This document shows, one piece after another, positions 1-9,591 of a DNA stretch of 64,000 nt. How positions within the stretch are numbered: position 1 is the stretch's first letter; each line of letters opens with the position of its first letter. The notes beneath the pieces are model-generated. The model was given only the letters and a program-made list of their open reading frames with translations, was not told where the DNA came from and did not search any database. A program made the translations under genes and the position numbers. Source of the DNA: Calditrichia bacterium (GTDB lineage Bacteria > Calditrichota > Calditrichia > RBG-13-44-9 > J075); contig JBOEGD010000005.1 of NCBI GenBank assembly GCA_050633245.1, positions 60,076 to 124,075 on the forward strand. The letters are read 5' to 3'.

Positions 1-852
1 GGCTTCCTCCGGATCGACATCTTGCCCCCAATTGATTTTTGCTCGATTTGCCGTTTGATCATAGTCCACCAAGACAATAAATCCATACCCCTTCATGGGG
101 TCTCCACCGAGAAAGTTGGGTAAAGTAGTTTCAAAGCGGATGGTGTCTCCAATAGCAAAGACGCCGCCACTGGCAATGTGCATTAAAGTAAGTGGTTCTG
201 ATAATTCAGAGCGAATAAATTCTGGCGATATCATTTTGCTCATTAAAGCACGAAAGGTCTTTTTTTCCTTGGCAGTCTTAAATTCCTTACTCGCATTGGC
301 TGCAAGCCTGTCGACCAAAAGCTCGATACTGCTTATAAGTTCATCGGAATTTAGCAAGCGAAGTGGGCTGCCAGTGCTATCGACCTGAAAAAGTATGCTT
401 TCGTGCTGGACCAGATTTCCCAGCTTACTTACTCGTTTTGAAATGGCTCCCGGTGAGTTGGAGTCTGTGTTGCGATAAACCCATTCCATCACATATCCTT
501 CAGCGTTGCCTTCTTTTATCAGAACGTCTATGTTTGAAACGCTATTTTCATCGGTTTTTATCTTTCCGGCATCGGTCTTTTTACGCTCTTCGGTAATTCG
601 AATCGTATACTTCTGTCCCTGCGTACGTTTGAACGGGAGAGCGAATACTTCTTTAACCTCATTTGTGCTACTGTCAATTATGGAGTCTACTCTGGGAAAG
701 CTGTCATTCGCTTTTACTGTATGTGTAAGACTGTCTGCTTGCGCACCAAACAGATCCGAAATGTCGGTTGCGACACGTCTTTCAGAATTTGCGGGATTGC
801 AGCCGCACAGAATCAAATAGCTGAAAAAGCAAAGAACACGAGAGAAAGTCAT
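1..852 (-). CDS. Hypothetical lipoprotein, 3' end truncated by the window edge
   Basis: Manual translation from ATG at 852: MTFSRVLCFFSYLILCGCNPAN... with lipobox-like LCGC; frame stays open to position 1; absent from the ORF track. Confidence 0.75.
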   Translation of the reverse strand, partial: MTFSRVLCFFSYLILCGCNPANSERRVATDISDLFGAQADSLTHTVKANDSFPRVDSIIDSSTNEVKEVFALPFKRTQGQKYTIRITEERKKTDAGKIKTDENSVSNIDVLIKEGNAEGYVMEWVYRNTDSNSPGAISKRVSKLGNLVQHESILFQVDSTGSPLRLLNSDELISSIELLVDRLAANASKEFKTAKEKKTFRALMSKMISPEFIRSELSEPLTLMHIASGGVFAIGDTIRFETTLPNFLGGDPMKGYGFIVLVDYDQTANRAKINWGQDVDPEEA

Positions 853-926
853 TAATAAGGTCCCGAGGTTAAAAAGGAATTGGAATAAACATAGCATCTA
901 AGAAGTAGATTTGCAATTCGGGGCAT

Positions 927-959
927 AAAAAAAGCTCCCCGCATAATTGCAGGGAGCTT
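927..959 (-). terminator. Intrinsic terminator of the OmpA-family gene
   Basis: AAGCTCCC-N12-GGGAGCTT hairpin with an A-run on + (U-run on -) just downstream of the stop at 981. Confidence 0.8.
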
Positions 960-980
960 AAAAGCCAAAGCAGATAAAGA

Positions 981-1646
981 TTAGTTGTTGGTTGCTTTCT
1001 CAGCAGCCTTCTTCAGATCTTCATTTGCAAAAATAGCAACTTCTACGCGACGGTTAGTTGCGCGGCCAGCGTCAGTGCTATTGTCAGCAACTGGCTGAGC
1101 TTCGCCAAAACCATTAACGGTAAAGCGACTTGCGTCTACTTCAAGAGCGGACAGATAGCCATATACAGACTCAGCACGCTTCTTGGAAAGCTCAAGATTG
1201 TACTCTTCACGACCTGTGTCGTCAGTGTGACCTTCAAGAACGATGTTAGTGTCCGGATACTTCTGCAGAATTGTCGCCATATTCGTCAAGTTGTCCTTGC
1301 TGGCCTGCTTCAGATTCGAGCTGTTTACGTCGAACAGTAAACCGGAGTCAAAAGTAATTTTGATACCTTCGCCAACACGTTCGATTTTAGCACCTTCGAT
1401 ATCGCGCTGCATCTCTTCAGACTGCTTGTCCATGTAGTTACCGATATATGCACCAGCGGAACCACCAACAGCAGCACCAACAATTGCACCAACTGCAGTG
1501 TTACCGGCAGCTTTACCAATAAGACCACCAATTACAGCTCCGGCAGTACCACCGATACCGGCACCTTTTTTGGTGTTGCTCATATTACAGCCAACGCTTA
1601 GCATCAGCAATGAGGTAGCCATTACAGCAATAAGAATCTTCTTCAT
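981..1646 (-). other. placeholder Confidence 0.
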
Positions 1647-2032
1647 TATACATCCTCCTTAAGAATGAATTAATTATCAAATAATAATTAGTAAATATGC
1701 TCTATTGAAATTGACCAGAATTCTGGCCGATTAAAATGTCTTAACAATGCATACTTTACTGAAAGTTGATGAACCGAACGCATAATATGGTGAAAAATGC
1801 TGCGACAATAAACCAAAAAAATAAAAATCTTGCATTCATATATCTGCGTTTTTTGTTCCGGTTTTTTAGACTGACAGGTTGTTAAAAAGTCACTTATGTT
1901 CAAAAACAAAGCGATTGCAAAAACTGTAAGGGAAAAATATATTGCTTTGGGTTGCGACCAATAGTGTTCGACCCTGTCTGAAAAGACAAATGATAGTATA
2001 CTACATCTTTTAGCTGCAGGCGGAATTTACAT

Positions 2033-4453
2033 ATGAGCGTTTTCGAAAAACTTGGGCAGTTTTATCTCGGTAAAGTCTACGATAGTAAAAAAGAAGAAAC
2101 GACCGATAACTATTTATTGTACGATTCGAAAGATCTTGTCACACATGCGATGTGTGTCGGAATGACCGGAAGTGGCAAGACCGGGCTATGTATCGGTTTA
2201 CTGGAAGAAGCCGCAATTGATAATATTCCTGCTATTATTATTGATCCCAAAGGCGATATGGGAAATCTGTTACTCGGTTTTCCGGGGCTTAGCAAGAAAG
2301 AGTTTTTGCCTTGGGTGAACCCGGATGAAGCCTCTCAGAAAAATTTATCCACTGAAGAGTTTGCAGATAAACAAGCTGCGCTTTGGAAGAAAGGACTTGC
2401 CGGTTGGGGGCAAGACGGTAAACGGATAAAGAAGCTGCACGATACAGCAGAATTTACAATCTACACTCCTGGAAGTAGTGCCGGATTACCCGTTTCTATT
2501 GTGCGGTCTTTTGCTGCGCCATCCGCCCAGGATCTGGGCGATATGGATTTGTTGCGCGATCGGGTGCAAACTACCGCGTCTGGATTGCTGCAATTATTGG
2601 GAATAAAGGGCGATCCGCTTCAAAGCCGTGAGCATATCTTATTGGCATCGATTATCGAGACGTCCTGGCTGGCGGGAAAAGATCTCGGACTCGCGGATAT
2701 TATCCAGATGATTCAAAATCCACCAATGAAGCAAATCGGTGTTTTTGACATAGAGTCTTTTTATCCGTCCAAAGAACGTTTTAAACTCGCGATGACGCTC
2801 AACAACTTGCTTGCCGCGCCAGGGTTTAAGCCCTGGATGGAAGGAGAAGCATTAGAAATAGACAGCATGCTGTTTTCTCCTGAAGGTAAACCTAAAATAA
2901 GCATCTTTTCGATTGCGCACTTGTCCGATTCCGAACGCATGTTTTTTGTAACGCTGTTGTTGAATCAATTACTTGGATGGATGCGTCGTCAATCTGGTAC
3001 TACAAGTTTGCGCGCATTACTTTATATGGATGAGGTGTTTGGCTACTTACCGCCGATTGGCGAGCCACCATCAAAAAAACCGCTACTTACATTGTTGAAG
3101 CAGGCTCGAGCATTTGGATTAGGCGTGGTGCTTTCTACTCAGAATCCGGTTGACCTCGATTACAAAGGCTTGTCCAATATGGGAACCTGGTTTATCGGGC
3201 GCCTTCAGTCTGAAAATGATAAAAATCGATTAATTGAGGGACTTACCAGTGCCCGCGGAAGCGGTTTGGACAAAAAGACCCTTATGTCGCTGATTTCTAA
3301 TCTGCAAAAGCGAGTCTTTCTAATGAACAATGTGCATGAGAAAGAACCGGTGTTGTTTAGCACCCGTTGGGTAATGTCCTATCTGCGTGGGCCGTTAACG
3401 CGTGACCATATTAAAGTGTTAATGGACGATAAAAAAGCGAGTAAAGTGGAGAAGCCAAAGAAGAGCTCTGGCAAGGTAAAGAATGTTGCTGCCACTGCTT
3501 CAACTCCCGGGGGGCGCCCGAATTTACCTCCGGACATCAATCAATATTTTTCGCCGATTTATAAGAGAATAACCGGAACTGTCACTTATCATCCCTATTT
3601 GTTTGCCGGTGGTGATGTTCACGTCATGAATGCCCGCTACAATGTCTCGCAGAAAGGTGAGGTTGCGCATATCCTGGCTATCGGCGACGATGTTGGTCTG
3701 CCGGTTTGGGATGAGTCGGAGACGTTTACTTTCCATACCGACATTCTTCATACCGAACCGGAGCATGGCGCCTCCTATCTTGCGCCGGGCTCTGCGATTT
3801 TGAAAACAGCGACTTATAATAAGTTGGATAAACAATACGAGTCTTATGTATATCGTAACTATTCGCTACGCCTGTTTCAAAGTAAGTTGTTTAAGCTAAC
3901 GTCTCAGCCTCATGAAACGGAAGGTGATTTTCGCAGACGGTTACGCGAAGCGGCGCACGAGAAACGCGACTTGGAAATGGAAAGACTGCGCAGAACATAT
4001 GGCAAAAAAATTACGTCTCTCGAAAAGCAATTGCACACTGCTCAGCAGCGGGTAGATAGAGAGTCTGATCAGTATTCTCAGAAAAAAATGAATACCGCGA
4101 TTTCTGTTGGATCTACGATTTTGGGCATGTTCCTTGGTGGGCGTGCTTCCCGAACTGGTGTTTCAAGAGCAGCACGATCTGCATCCAGCATGTCTAAAGA
4201 AAAACGAGATATCGAACGCGCTCAGCAAAAGCTTGCCCAGGTTGAAGCGCGAATCGTAGAGATGGAGCAGATCATGGAAGATGAATTAAATGCGCTCGCA
4301 GAAAAGTTTGACCCGGACCTCGAAGAGTTGAAAGAAGTGAGTGTTCGCGCGAAGAAAAGTAACATTTTGCAGCGTTATTATGGAATTCTTTGGTTGCCTT
4401 ATATTCACTCTGAAGACGGGCAAATTACTCCCCTTTTCGAGGAGCAGGACTAA
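2033..4453 (+). CDS. HerA/FtsK-superfamily ATPase (DUF87/DUF853-like) with C-terminal coiled coil
   Basis: Walker A GMTGSGKT, IIDPKGD, Walker B LLYMDE, QARAFG/STQNP motifs; helical heptad-rich tail. Confidence 0.85.
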   Translation: MSVFEKLGQFYLGKVYDSKKEETTDNYLLYDSKDLVTHAMCVGMTGSGKTGLCIGLLEEAAIDNIPAIIIDPKGDMGNLLLGFPGLSKKEFLPWVNPDEASQKNLSTEEFADKQAALWKKGLAGWGQDGKRIKKLHDTAEFTIYTPGSSAGLPVSIVRSFAAPSAQDLGDMDLLRDRVQTTASGLLQLLGIKGDPLQSREHILLASIIETSWLAGKDLGLADIIQMIQNPPMKQIGVFDIESFYPSKERFKLAMTLNNLLAAPGFKPWMEGEALEIDSMLFSPEGKPKISIFSIAHLSDSERMFFVTLLLNQLLGWMRRQSGTTSLRALLYMDEVFGYLPPIGEPPSKKPLLTLLKQARAFGLGVVLSTQNPVDLDYKGLSNMGTWFIGRLQSENDKNRLIEGLTSARGSGLDKKTLMSLISNLQKRVFLMNNVHEKEPVLFSTRWVMSYLRGPLTRDHIKVLMDDKKASKVEKPKKSSGKVKNVAATASTPGGRPNLPPDINQYFSPIYKRITGTVTYHPYLFAGGDVHVMNARYNVSQKGEVAHILAIGDDVGLPVWDESETFTFHTDILHTEPEHGASYLAPGSAILKTATYNKLDKQYESYVYRNYSLRLFQSKLFKLTSQPHETEGDFRRRLREAAHEKRDLEMERLRRTYGKKITSLEKQLHTAQQRVDRESDQYSQKKMNTAISVGSTILGMFLGGRASRTGVSRAARSASSMSKEKRDIERAQQKLAQVEARIVEMEQIMEDELNALAEKFDPDLEELKEVSVRAKKSNILQRYYGILWLPYIHSEDGQITPLFEEQD

Positions 4454-4457
4454 GACG

Positions 4458-4967
4458 ATGACGATTGAAGAACTCATACTGCAAATTGGCTCCAATCCCA
4501 GCATTATTTTATGCGTATTGATTGGTGTTCCTTTGCTGGCATTCTTATATGGTCGGCTTGTCTCTCCTGCGAGTCGATTAGAGAGCCCGCATAAAAATGT
4601 CTACAGTGCTTTGGTATATGCCGCCTGTATTCCTGGTGGTTTCGCTGCGGTGTTAACTGCTTACAGCTTGTTGTTCTTGCAAAGTAACTTATTGCAGGTA
4701 AATCCGCTTATTTACTTCCTTCCCATTCTTTCTATGGTCGCCACCATCGTAATTATCAAGCGCGACGTAGTAATGGATGCCATTCCGGGGTTTGATCGTC
4801 TTTTTGGGCTCCTCGCAATTATCGGGGTTAGCTTCTTGCTGGCTTTCTTGCTGGTTCGCACGCGCGTTTGGTTTTTTCTCGGTGGCTCATTTATGGCATT
4901 GATAATTATTGCCGTCGGTTCTTTTGTGCTCTTGCGGTGGGGCAGTGCTCGCCTTTTTCGCGGGTAG
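4458..4967 (+). CDS. Hypothetical multi-TM membrane protein
   Basis: ATG 4 nt after the ATPase stop; about 5 hydrophobic segments. Confidence 0.8.
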   Translation: MTIEELILQIGSNPSIILCVLIGVPLLAFLYGRLVSPASRLESPHKNVYSALVYAACIPGGFAAVLTAYSLLFLQSNLLQVNPLIYFLPILSMVATIVIIKRDVVMDAIPGFDRLFGLLAIIGVSFLLAFLLVRTRVWFFLGGSFMALIIIAVGSFVLLRWGSARLFRG

Positions 4968-5048
4968 TTGTTGCATCGAAGATCTGTCACAGCTAATTTG
5001 CGTCAAAACACACACAACTGATTATTAAATCACTATCGTTTATAAAAT

Positions 5049-5064
5049 TGGCAGCATTATTGCA
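5049..5064 (+). promoter_or_regulatory. Putative sigma54 (-24/-12) promoter
   Basis: TGGCAGCATTATTGCA = TGGCA-N6-TTGCA with exact GG-N10-GC spacing, about 100 nt before the next gene. Confidence 0.6.
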
Positions 5065-5160
5065 ATTGCATCTGTTTGAAGTTTGGTTGAGAGAATCGAT
5101 TCTATATTTCTCTCCTGTTAATTGTAACGCCTGTTGCTAAACGTTATTAGGAGGTTGGCT

Positions 5161-5610
5161 TTGATCCTATCTCAAGGTCGTGCGAAGGTATTGCTTTTCT
5201 TCTTTAGCACACTTTTGCTTGTGCTGAGTAGCTGTACACCGCAGTTGATTTCAACGTATGATGAAAAGGTTGAAAACTCCCTGATGGATTTACATGGGAA
5301 GTTGGAAACGTTTTTTATCGATATGGAAGATAAAGTCGGCACGCCTGCTGCGGACTATTTTGTTCACAAAGAATTCTATAACGATCTGAAGCTGAACCTC
5401 AGTTATCTCTCGATACGTTGTCGGGCAAAGAGTCATAATGAACGCACAGTCGAGCAGCTTGAACTATTAGAAAAGAGCCTGCATAATCTGGAAGAAATTC
5501 ATAAAGATGGCATTGCTACCTATGAGCTTATCCGCACACTGCGTGATCAGTTTACGATCGCGATGACGGCGATATTACAGCTTGAACTGGCAAAAAAACG
5601 TGGTCTTTAG
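5161..5610 (+). CDS. Hypothetical helical lipoprotein
   Basis: AGGAGG before TTG 5161; hydrophobic signal ending LSSC. Confidence 0.8.
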   Translation: MILSQGRAKVLLFFFSTLLLVLSSCTPQLISTYDEKVENSLMDLHGKLETFFIDMEDKVGTPAADYFVHKEFYNDLKLNLSYLSIRCRAKSHNERTVEQLELLEKSLHNLEEIHKDGIATYELIRTLRDQFTIAMTAILQLELAKKRGL

Positions 5611-5626
5611 TGAAGGAGTTGACGCT

Positions 5627-5950
5627 ATGAATACTACAGAAATATTAAAGCAAATGACCGGCGCTGCGAAAGTCAGCTTTGGCGACAAATGGCCCGAGAT
5701 AAAATCGTACGCCGAGAGCGAGTTAAAAAAACTGGCTGAAACCATGTCGATGATCCAAAAGCTCAGCATGAGTGATAGCATTACTCCTAAGCAGGCGAAG
5801 CTATTGTTGGAGATTCAGAAAAATACGGCTCGCACCGTGATGTTGACAATGGAAGGTCTTGGGATATTGACGGTCGAAAAGGCTCTTGACAACGCATTTG
5901 CGGTGGTTAAGGCGCCGATTAATACGCTGCTTGGCTGGAAACTGCTTTAG
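5627..5950 (+). CDS. Hypothetical 107-aa helical protein
   Basis: AAGGAG RBS before ATG 5627; operonic with neighbours. Confidence 0.75.
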   Translation: MNTTEILKQMTGAAKVSFGDKWPEIKSYAESELKKLAETMSMIQKLSMSDSITPKQAKLLLEIQKNTARTVMLTMEGLGILTVEKALDNAFAVVKAPINTLLGWKLL

Positions 5951-5979
5951 TTACCAATTGAAATTGAATCGGGGGAAGT

Positions 5980-6774
5980 ATGAGTGAGTGCATAAGATCA
6001 TCAGATATACCATATGGTTGGATTCGTCGTGAGCTGATTCTTGACAAAACGTATAAGCTTGGCGATAATGGAAAGCGCGTTCGAACAATTCAGGAATGGA
6101 TGTGTTTGCACAGATTAGGACTTTCAGTTGATGGTGACTATGGCCCCGTTACTAAAAGTGCCATTGCCGAATTTCAGACGGCTAACGGATTACCGGTAAG
6201 TGGTATGACGACTCAGGCCACGTTTGATGAACTCGCCAAGCCAATGCGTATGGCTTTAACTCCGATTGATCCTACCGGCAAGACGTATAATGATCTGATT
6301 GTAGCTTATGCAGAACAGCATCTGAAACAGCATCCGCGTGAAATAGGCGGAGAAAATCGCGGTCCCTGGGTTCGTCTATATATGAATGGTAAGGAAGGGC
6401 CGGAGTGGCTTTGGTGTGCCGGTTTCTCCTGCATGATTTTGCAGCAGGCCGCGGATACACTCGGGCAACGCATGCCGTTTAAACGCTCGGTTTCTTGTGA
6501 TGTGCTTGCGACCCAGGCAAAAGCTGCCGGTACATTCATCTCCCAAGGTAAACTAAATAACGATAATCCGCGAAAACAGGACATGCCACCGGGAAGTCTT
6601 TTTTTGGTGCGCAGAACCTCAAATGACTGGGTGCATGTCGGCATTGTTTTAAGCTTTGAAGAGGATCGTATCAATACCATCGAGGGAAATACGAATGACG
6701 ACGGAAATCGCGAGGGTTATGAAGTCTGCTTGCGAGCCCGTGGCTATTCGAAGAAGGACTTTATTCGGGTTTAA
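5980..6774 (+). CDS. Peptidoglycan-binding domain + CHAP amidase/endopeptidase
   Basis: PG-binding VDGDYGPVTKSAIAEFQ; CHAP motifs WCAGF, HVGIV, IEGNT. Confidence 0.85.
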   Translation: MSECIRSSDIPYGWIRRELILDKTYKLGDNGKRVRTIQEWMCLHRLGLSVDGDYGPVTKSAIAEFQTANGLPVSGMTTQATFDELAKPMRMALTPIDPTGKTYNDLIVAYAEQHLKQHPREIGGENRGPWVRLYMNGKEGPEWLWCAGFSCMILQQAADTLGQRMPFKRSVSCDVLATQAKAAGTFISQGKLNNDNPRKQDMPPGSLFLVRRTSNDWVHVGIVLSFEEDRINTIEGNTNDDGNREGYEVCLRARGYSKKDFIRV

Positions 6775-6779
6775 CGTGA

Positions 6780-6880
6780 AATAGGCGCAGTTTTCTTTTA
6801 AAATAAAATTCAAAATTTTGCCTGTTTTTTCTAAGAAAGACTGCTCCATTCTAACAATGCTCCAGTCTGTCGGTAAAAAA
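6780..6880 (+). repeat. Composite intergenic repeat, cluster 1
   Basis: Half palindrome AATAGGCGCAGTTTTC (6780), TTCAAA-N15-TCTAAG (6809-6835), hairpin AGACTGCTCCATTCTAACAATGCTCCAGTCT (6838-6868). Confidence 0.9.
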
Positions 6881-7025
6881 ACGATTTAAGTTTATTTTAT
6901 ATAGCAGTTTGAGCCCTTTTTAGCGTTTTGCCATCTCCCAAGCGGCTTTCCGAAGTTTGAATTATCCCCCTTCTTGCTTACATTACGGCAAATCTATTCC
7001 ACTTTTACATTTATCGGATTATACT

Positions 7026-8192
7026 ATGACTACAGAACTTTTCAAACCGCTGGTATTTCTTGCCATAAGCTCCGTTTTAGCCGTTATTTTTCTCGCTAGC
7101 TGTAATCCTGAAACTCCCCCGGAGATTGCTGCTTCCAATGATGTGTTGCTTTATGTCGGGACCTATACGGGTGGCGAAAGCGAAGGCATTTATGTTTACA
7201 ATATGAACCTGGATAGCGGAGAGCTCAGCTTAAAGCATACCGTAAGTGGAGTAGAGAATCCGTCGTATTTGGCCATTCATCCGGACAATAAGATGCTTTA
7301 TGCTGTCAATGAGTTGATGGAGCTGGATGGTGTCCCTGGTGGTGGAGTCAGCGCGTTCAGCATCGATCCTGAAAATGGGAACTTGAGTTTCCAAAATCAG
7401 GTTAGCTCTAACGGTGGTGCACCATGCTACCTTTCTGTTTCCAACGATAAACGCTGGCTGTATGTCGCCAATTATATGGGCGGAAACGTTTCTGCGCATG
7501 CGTTGGATAAAAATGGTGGATTGAATGCTGTCGCTACCGTTATGCAGCATGAGGGGACAGGGCCAAGCTCACGTCAGGAGGCACCACATGCGCATTCAAT
7601 TATGCCAGTTCCGGGAACCCCAATCGTCCTGTCTGCAGATCTTGGAGCAGATAAGGTGATAATCTATCGCGCAGACTCTGAAAAGGGATTCGCCGATCCA
7701 AAGGTATTAGCTGTCGAGTCTGGTGCCGGGCCACGACATATGGCCTTCCATCCAACGCACAATCAGCTGTTTGTTATCAACGAGTTAAATGCAACGATAA
7801 ACTCCTATCAAATTGATGTTGAGAGCGCGGAGTTTACGCTACAGCAAAGCGTGCCGACGCTACCTGCCGACTTTGCTGGTGAGAATACCTGTGCCGATCT
7901 AGATGTTTCTCCGGATGGTAAGTTCCTGTATGGAACGAATCGCGGACATAACAGCTTGGTCGTTTATGCCATTGATGCGAGCGGCAGATTGAGCTATGTT
8001 GAGCACATAAGCTGTGGTGGAGATTGGCCACGTAATTTTACAATGACACCAGACGGTAATTACCTGCTCGTTGCCAACAAAAAAAGTAACTCTATCGTTG
8101 TTTTTAAGAGAGACATGGTTAGCGGTAAGTTGAAGAACACCGGTATTTCAACAACCGTTCCCGCTCCGGTTTGCCTGGCATTTTTGGAATAA
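7026..8192 (+). CDS. pgl: Lactonase family beta-propeller (6-phosphogluconolactonase-like), lipoprotein
   Basis: YVGTYT, NPSYLA, ANYMGG, PHAH, GPRH, TNRGHNS, WPRNF; lipobox LASC; ATG 7026 preferred. Confidence 0.85.
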   Translation: MTTELFKPLVFLAISSVLAVIFLASCNPETPPEIAASNDVLLYVGTYTGGESEGIYVYNMNLDSGELSLKHTVSGVENPSYLAIHPDNKMLYAVNELMELDGVPGGGVSAFSIDPENGNLSFQNQVSSNGGAPCYLSVSNDKRWLYVANYMGGNVSAHALDKNGGLNAVATVMQHEGTGPSSRQEAPHAHSIMPVPGTPIVLSADLGADKVIIYRADSEKGFADPKVLAVESGAGPRHMAFHPTHNQLFVINELNATINSYQIDVESAEFTLQQSVPTLPADFAGENTCADLDVSPDGKFLYGTNRGHNSLVVYAIDASGRLSYVEHISCGGDWPRNFTMTPDGNYLLVANKKSNSIVVFKRDMVSGKLKNTGISTTVPAPVCLAFLE

Positions 8193-8275
8193 TCAATGAA
8201 AATCAGGTTCCAGCTGTTTTTTCCCATTGTTTTTGCTTATTTTAGCCACTGGGATAACGAACAGGCTTCTTGACT

Positions 8276-9526
8276 ATGTCCATGACTAAAACTGCCAACC
8301 ATCTTAGCGGGCTTCTTGCCAAGCCTGCCAAGCCGTCTGTGGATGAAGAAGCATTCGGTACGGCGCATCGAGAGATAACGAAAATTGATGGTAAATCATA
8401 TACTCGCTTTGTTGGCGAGTTTTGGACGTCCCGACAGCGTCAAGCATCGTCATTGCAAGAAGTTTCCTACCGCGCCTGTTTTAAGCCTCAGCTACCGCGC
8501 TTTTTTATTAATCGATTCTCCAAAGAAGGCGATGTTGTATACGATCCCTTTTCCGGACGCGGCACCACTGCACTTGAATCCGGTTTTCTAAACCGCCGGG
8601 TAATTGCTAATGACGTGAATCCACTAAGCAGCATTCTTTGTAAACCACGATTCTTTGTCCCTACATTAGAATTGCTTGCTGAACGCTTAAAAGTTATCCC
8701 ACGCGAGTCTTCGGCTACTGCCGGTCTTGATTTATCTATGTTCTATCACTCTCGAACAGAAAAAGAGCTGGTTGCCTTGCGGCAATATTTAATTGGACGT
8801 GGTGACTCTGCCGATGTTCTTGACGACTGGATTCGCATGGTCGCTACAAATCGCCTTACTGGCCATTCACCAGGCTTTTTCTCTGTCTATACGTTGCCGC
8901 CGAATCAGGCTGTTTCGCAAAAGCGGCAGATAAAGATTAATGAGAAGCGAAATCAGGCGCCGGAATACCGCGATATTCATCAACTGATATTAAAAAAGTC
9001 ACGACGTTTGATTAATGCGCTTGCACCGGAAACAGTTGTCCAGTTACGCAAGGTTGGCAGGTCTGCTCTTTTTCTAACGGATGATGCGCGGCAAACGCCT
9101 GAAATTAAATCGTCCAGTGTTCAGCTTACTATTACCTCCCCTCCGTTTCTTAATATTGTGCAATATGCGCAGGACAATTGGCTACGTTGTTGGTTCAACG
9201 GCATTGATGCACAAACGGTAGCCGATAATTTGACAATCGCCACCAGCTTGCCCAAGTGGATTGATATTATGCAGGATGTCTTTTCTGAACTTGCCAGGAT
9301 AACGAAGAAAAATGGCTGGGTTGCTTTTGAGGTCGGTGAAATAAATAACGGCCGTATCCGTCTGGATGAACATGTTGTTCCGTTGGGAATCAATGCTGGC
9401 TTCACCTGCCATGGTATTGTTATCAATGAGCAGGAGTTTACGAAAACGGCCAACATTTGGGGCGTGAAAAACAACAGTCGCGGCACCAATACAAACCGCA
9501 TTGTCCTTTTCCAAAAACGTAAATAA
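8276..9526 (+). CDS. Orphan amino-DNA methyltransferase (N4-C/N6-A type)
   Basis: SAM-binding motif I VYDPFSGRGTT upstream of catalytic motif IV TSPPF. Confidence 0.85.
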   Translation: MSMTKTANHLSGLLAKPAKPSVDEEAFGTAHREITKIDGKSYTRFVGEFWTSRQRQASSLQEVSYRACFKPQLPRFFINRFSKEGDVVYDPFSGRGTTALESGFLNRRVIANDVNPLSSILCKPRFFVPTLELLAERLKVIPRESSATAGLDLSMFYHSRTEKELVALRQYLIGRGDSADVLDDWIRMVATNRLTGHSPGFFSVYTLPPNQAVSQKRQIKINEKRNQAPEYRDIHQLILKKSRRLINALAPETVVQLRKVGRSALFLTDDARQTPEIKSSSVQLTITSPPFLNIVQYAQDNWLRCWFNGIDAQTVADNLTIATSLPKWIDIMQDVFSELARITKKNGWVAFEVGEINNGRIRLDEHVVPLGINAGFTCHGIVINEQEFTKTANIWGVKNNSRGTNTNRIVLFQKRK

Positions 9527-9591
9527 TTTTCTCCCCTTCTAGAAGCGTTGAATTTTAGAAACTATTCAGCGCAGACTTCGTCGATACATTT

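Noticed and set aside
95-820. Plus-strand ORFs 95-388, 363-596, 506-820 and other short antisense ORFs in the track
   Set aside because: Shadows of longer, motif-bearing genes on the opposite strand or in another frame
6649-6849. Repeat-encoded peptide (MEQS...) on the minus strand
   Set aside because: The same frame stops after a few codons in the 14510 copy; no conserved ORF across copies
5980-9526. Prophage remnant (endolysin-like gene plus methyltransferase)
   Set aside because: No structural, terminase, integrase or replication genes; a lactonase separates the two
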